From Desulfosudaceae bacterium (GTDB lineage Bacteria > Desulfobacterota > Desulfobacteria > Desulfobacterales > Desulfosudaceae), in NCBI GenBank assembly GCA_963674745.2, contig CAXXDV010000001.1, forward strand, positions 1,696,001 to 1,760,000: a DNA stretch of 64,000 nucleotides, read 5' to 3'. The notes under the pieces are model-generated. The model saw only the letters and a program-made list of their open reading frames with translations. It was not told the origin of the DNA and searched no databases. Shown here one piece after another: positions 60,512 through 64,000 of the stretch; positions within the stretch are counted from its first letter, which is position 1, and every line of letters starts with the position of its first letter. The translations under genes and the position numbers were made by a program.

Positions 60512-62287
60512 ATGACCATCTCGAATACCTCATCGTTCAAGGGACATCTGGCGCCATTAATCTTTCTTGTCATAATGTCCTGCGGGCTGTATGTGAATAC
60601 CCTGCCCAACGATTTCATGTGGGATGACACCAATCTTATTCAGCATAACCGGCACATTCAATCGCTTGCCAATACACCGCTTTTTTTTACCCCCCATTAC
60701 TGGAACGATCTGCATCCTTATCCCGGCCTGGGCCAGTACCGGCCCGTCCGAACGGTGACATTCGCGTTGGATTATGCCCTCTGGGGATTGGCACCCTCCG
60801 GTTATCATACCACCAATCTGTTGTTGAACATAGTGATGGTCCTGCTGGTCTATTTTTTTGTTTACCGGCTCGGAGCGGCACACAGCTTCGGCGCAGCCGA
60901 AAAGCGCCCTTTCGGCCACATGCTGCTGCCTTTGTCAGTGGCGGTTATTTTTGGCGCCCATCCGGTGCATGTTGAATCAGTGGCGTATGTGAAGAACCGG
61001 TCCGACCTGCTGGCCCTGATATTTTGTCTTTGCGCCTTTTTGTTGTTTATGGCATATCCCGGCCGGAAGCAACGGAAAGAACGCGTTACCGTTTATATCG
61101 GGGCGCTGTTCTTTTTCGTTCTGGCCCTTCTTTCCAAGGAGATCGCCGTCACTCTGCCTTTGTTACTGATGGCTTATGTCTATTGTTTTCTGCCGAAAGA
61201 GGAGTGGGCGGGCGGCTTTATCCGAACGGTCCCTTTTTGGGGCGGTGTGGCGCTGTTTTTCTGGTTTCGGCACGTTTTTCTGGAAATCCTGAGTGAAGAG
61301 AACGTCCATTTCAACGCCTTTCAACATCTGCTGGTTGTTGTTAAAACAATGGGCTGGTATTTTCAAAAGCTGATTTGGCCGGTCCACCTGAATGCCGAAC
61401 ATGTTTTTATTGTTCCCGATTCCGTTCTGGAGCCGGCCGTTTTTTCGGCTGTTATTGGATTGTGCGTTTTTGGCGCGGCATTGATTTTCGGATTGAAAAA
61501 ATCAAAATGGGTTTTGTTTGCCCTGTGCTGGCTTTTATTAACCCTTGCTCCCGTGTCCAATATTATTTTTCTGGCATCACGCCCTATCGCCGAGCAGCGC
61601 CTGCTTTTTCCCTCGCTGGGGTTCGGCCTTCTGTTAGGGTTGGGTTTTATGAAAATCATGGACCGGAATACCCGGTCGATTTATCGAGACGGCCCGGTCG
61701 TGGGGGGATTGTTGGCCATGGCGCTTTTGCTCGGGTTTTATTCCATTCAGACCGTCAGGCGGAACGCGGACTGGCAGGATCCCCTGACATTTTACTCGAA
61801 AACGGTTGCGGATTCCCCGGACAGTTCCCGCGCGCAGTTAAATTTAGGCGTCGCCCTTGCGGACCTGGGGCGGCTGGACGAAGCAATGGACCGCTATCGG
61901 AACGCCCTGAGGCTTAAGCCGGATTATGCCATGGCATATTACAAGATCGGTAACGTGTTAATGAAAAAAAATCGGTTGGCGGAAGCGGTCGAATATTACG
62001 AAAAAGCGATCAAAATAAGACCTGGTTATGCCCATGCCTACAATAATAAGGGGGTGGCCATGATGCGACTCGGCCGGATCGAACAGGCGATACCTTTTTT
62101 TTCCAAAGCCACCGCCCTGATGCCGGATTATGTCGAGGCCTGGAATAATTATGGGGCGGCACTGGCAAACACCGGTCAATACAGGCAGGCGGCGAAATGT
62201 TTTGCCAGGGCATTGGAAATTGATCCGGAGTCCAGGGAGGCCGCTGGAAATTTAAGAAAGTTGAGCGGAATTAAATTTGAAAGATAG
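60512..62287 (+). CDS. TMTC-like membrane glycosyltransferase with C-terminal TPRs
   Basis: FMWDD, YRPV, HPVHVESVA, LLSKE, AEQRL, TPR tail. Confidence 0.8.
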   Translation: MTISNTSSFKGHLAPLIFLVIMSCGLYVNTLPNDFMWDDTNLIQHNRHIQSLANTPLFFTPHYWNDLHPYPGLGQYRPVRTVTFALDYALWGLAPSGYHTTNLLLNIVMVLLVYFFVYRLGAAHSFGAAEKRPFGHMLLPLSVAVIFGAHPVHVESVAYVKNRSDLLALIFCLCAFLLFMAYPGRKQRKERVTVYIGALFFFVLALLSKEIAVTLPLLLMAYVYCFLPKEEWAGGFIRTVPFWGGVALFFWFRHVFLEILSEENVHFNAFQHLLVVVKTMGWYFQKLIWPVHLNAEHVFIVPDSVLEPAVFSAVIGLCVFGAALIFGLKKSKWVLFALCWLLLTLAPVSNIIFLASRPIAEQRLLFPSLGFGLLLGLGFMKIMDRNTRSIYRDGPVVGGLLAMALLLGFYSIQTVRRNADWQDPLTFYSKTVADSPDSSRAQLNLGVALADLGRLDEAMDRYRNALRLKPDYAMAYYKIGNVLMKKNRLAEAVEYYEKAIKIRPGYAHAYNNKGVAMMRLGRIEQAIPFFSKATALMPDYVEAWNNYGAALANTGQYRQAAKCFARALEIDPESREAAGNLRKLSGIKFER

Positions 62288-62349
62288 TGTCATGCCACTT
62301 TGTCGGTTTTTAAAACGCTAAAAGAAAAAGTTGCAGGAAGGCAAGTCCG

Positions 62350-62793
62350 TCAGAAGGCCCCGGCCGTCATAATCAGCAGGGCATATCGAAAGGCTTTGCC
62401 GCAAATCACCCAGAACAGAAAAATAACCAGATTGAGCTTCAATCCTCCGGCCACAACGGTTAATGGATCGCCGATTACCGGGACCCAGGCAAAGAATAAA
62501 ACAGGTGAGCCCCACTTCTGAAAATGATTTTCAACATTCTGACGTTTATCGGGATTCACGGTGATATAACGTGAAAGGATAAAGTCTGTTCCGTACTTGC
62601 CGACATAATAATTAAGGACCGCACCAAGGGTGTTGCCTGTTGTGGCTGTGGCAAAGACGATGAACGGGTTGTAGCCCAGAAGCGTCATGGTGACGACAAA
62701 AATCTCAGAACCAATCGGCACCAGTGTGGCTGCCAGAAAGCTGACAATAAAAAGCCCTGCGTATCCGGACTGAAAAATCAGGTCTTCCATCAA
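62350..62793 (-). CDS. YqaA / DedA (VTT) family membrane protein
   Basis: SFLAATLVPIGSE, GNTLG, WVPVIGDPL. Confidence 0.85.
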   Translation of the reverse strand: MMEDLIFQSGYAGLFIVSFLAATLVPIGSEIFVVTMTLLGYNPFIVFATATTGNTLGAVLNYYVGKYGTDFILSRYITVNPDKRQNVENHFQKWGSPVLFFAWVPVIGDPLTVVAGGLKLNLVIFLFWVICGKAFRYALLIMTAGAF

Positions 62794-62950
62794 CCCGGTA
62801 CGTTCCCTTGGATGTTGTTGAAGGCGTTATTGCTTCGGCGTTTCATGCGGACGGTGTACGTGCGTCAATAAATAAGGGCACCACTAAAAAAGTATTTTTA
62901 GAGATGCCCTTAAGTTTTAAAAGTATGTCACGGTAATGGAGTATAAGAAA

Positions 62951-63235
62951 TTACTCGCCGGTTACGACAACGGTGACTTTCTGGACAATATTAAGAAAGT
63001 TTGACACCTGGACATCGACGGTCGAGATCCGGGTAATATTCCCGTTTCTGGCGGCAGCCGGGATGTTGGCGCCCGAAGCGTCTCCGAACAAACCAAAGTA
63101 GATGTTGTCACTGGCCCGTCCGACTTTGGGGCCGAGTTCGTTTCCGGTGGCCACCATGGGAAAGGGGTACGTCGCGCAAGACGCCAGTGTAACCACCATT
63201 AACAGGCAACCGATAACTGCGATTATTTTTTTCAT
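62951..63235 (-). CDS. TRL-like small lipoprotein
   Basis: MKKII...LASC lipobox; KVGRA...AAARNGNITRISTVD...VTGE. Confidence 0.7.
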   Translation of the reverse strand: MKKIIAVIGCLLMVVTLASCATYPFPMVATGNELGPKVGRASDNIYFGLFGDASGANIPAAARNGNITRISTVDVQVSNFLNIVQKVTVVVTGE

Positions 63236-63386
63236 ACTTTTCCCCTTATATTTGCGTATTGATAAAAAAATATGATGATTTTTTACTATAAATGATTCAG
63301 GTTTGAAAATACAAGATTTTATTGGCGGAATGGGTTGGTAACGGAAACGTTTTCCGGCTGTATAACAGTTGGTGAAAAAAAATCGT

Positions 63387-64000
63387 CTACAGGTAGTCAT
63401 GCCATGACCAGAGGACCCGGCCGCTGTCAAAGTGGAAGACAAAACTGTCTCTGCTTTTCGCCCATTGAAGTGCCTGGACCACCCGTGCGGCATCATATTC
63501 GGTAAGATGACAGACCCGTTCGGCCAGTGTATTCAGCAGGGCTTCTTCATCGGGCTTGTCCCCTTCGCCGATCGCCCAGGTGCCGTATTCTTCCAGCGCG
63601 GATGTCATCATCAGGTCATAGAGGATGACGGTATTTTCAAGGCCGATTAATGACCAGGCCTCTTCCTCGGTGGCGGTACCGGCTTTTATTTTTTCTTTCA
63701 CGTCACCCAGGTACAAATCGTATTCATCCTTCCACTGGCCGGCAATCCGGTCCATCAGGGCGGCGTCGGCCCGGTCGGTCTCGACAATGGCCTTGTTGGC
63801 ATGATATTCCCGCCAGTCATGGCTGAGAATATGAATGCCCAGCTCTTCGGCCCGGTCCCGGATCTCAGTCCCGGGAAAAGGCGCCAGCAGATGAAAGCCG
63901 TAAGAGGCGCCCATGGCCTTGATCTTTTCGCCGAACAGCCTGGTTTCTTCTATGGTTTCCGGGGTTTCGCCGGGAAGCCCGAGAATGAACGAGACATGGG
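63387..64000 (-). CDS. B12-binding radical SAM protein, C-terminal part (starts outside window)
   Basis: SFILGLPGETPET, FHLLAPFPGTE. Confidence 0.7.
   Translation of the reverse strand, partial: HVSFILGLPGETPETIEETRLFGEKIKAMGASYGFHLLAPFPGTEIRDRAEELGIHILSHDWREYHANKAIVETDRADAALMDRIAGQWKDEYDLYLGDVKEKIKAGTATEEEAWSLIGLENTVILYDLMMTSALEEYGTWAIGEGDKPDEEALLNTLAERVCHLTEYDAARVVQALQWAKSRDSFVFHFDSGRVLWSWHDYL

Noticed and set aside
1..64000. tRNA, rRNA or riboswitch genes
   Set aside because: None recognisable by eye; a covariance-model scan would be needed to exclude them

Overview
Chromosomal window from an anaerobic deltaproteobacterium, probably Desulfobacterales-like (inferred from gene content). 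Core and metabolic genes include an acyl-CoA dehydrogenase, a tandem TetR, yedF, glnE, glnA with a sigma54 promoter, a Clp ATPase, B12-radical SAM enzymes, SRAP, creD and an EBDH/S25DH-like molybdoenzyme alpha subunit. An AT-rich accessory region runs from about 35.6 to 49 kb, following a 2359-aa teneurin-like RHS protein. The main signal is an integron-type cassette array at 41073-45936 with ~124-bp attC sites and no intI in the window. A 2.3-kb element sits inverted in the R'' box of one attC. It encodes a tyrosine recombinase (split at an A_AAA_AAG -1 frameshift site) and an IS91-type HUH/Y2 transposase, and carries its own short attC, so it looks like a self-mobilising integron cassette. 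A second, decayed attC array lies on the minus strand at about 7.0-9.1 kb. All calls come from reading the sequence; no database searches were run.
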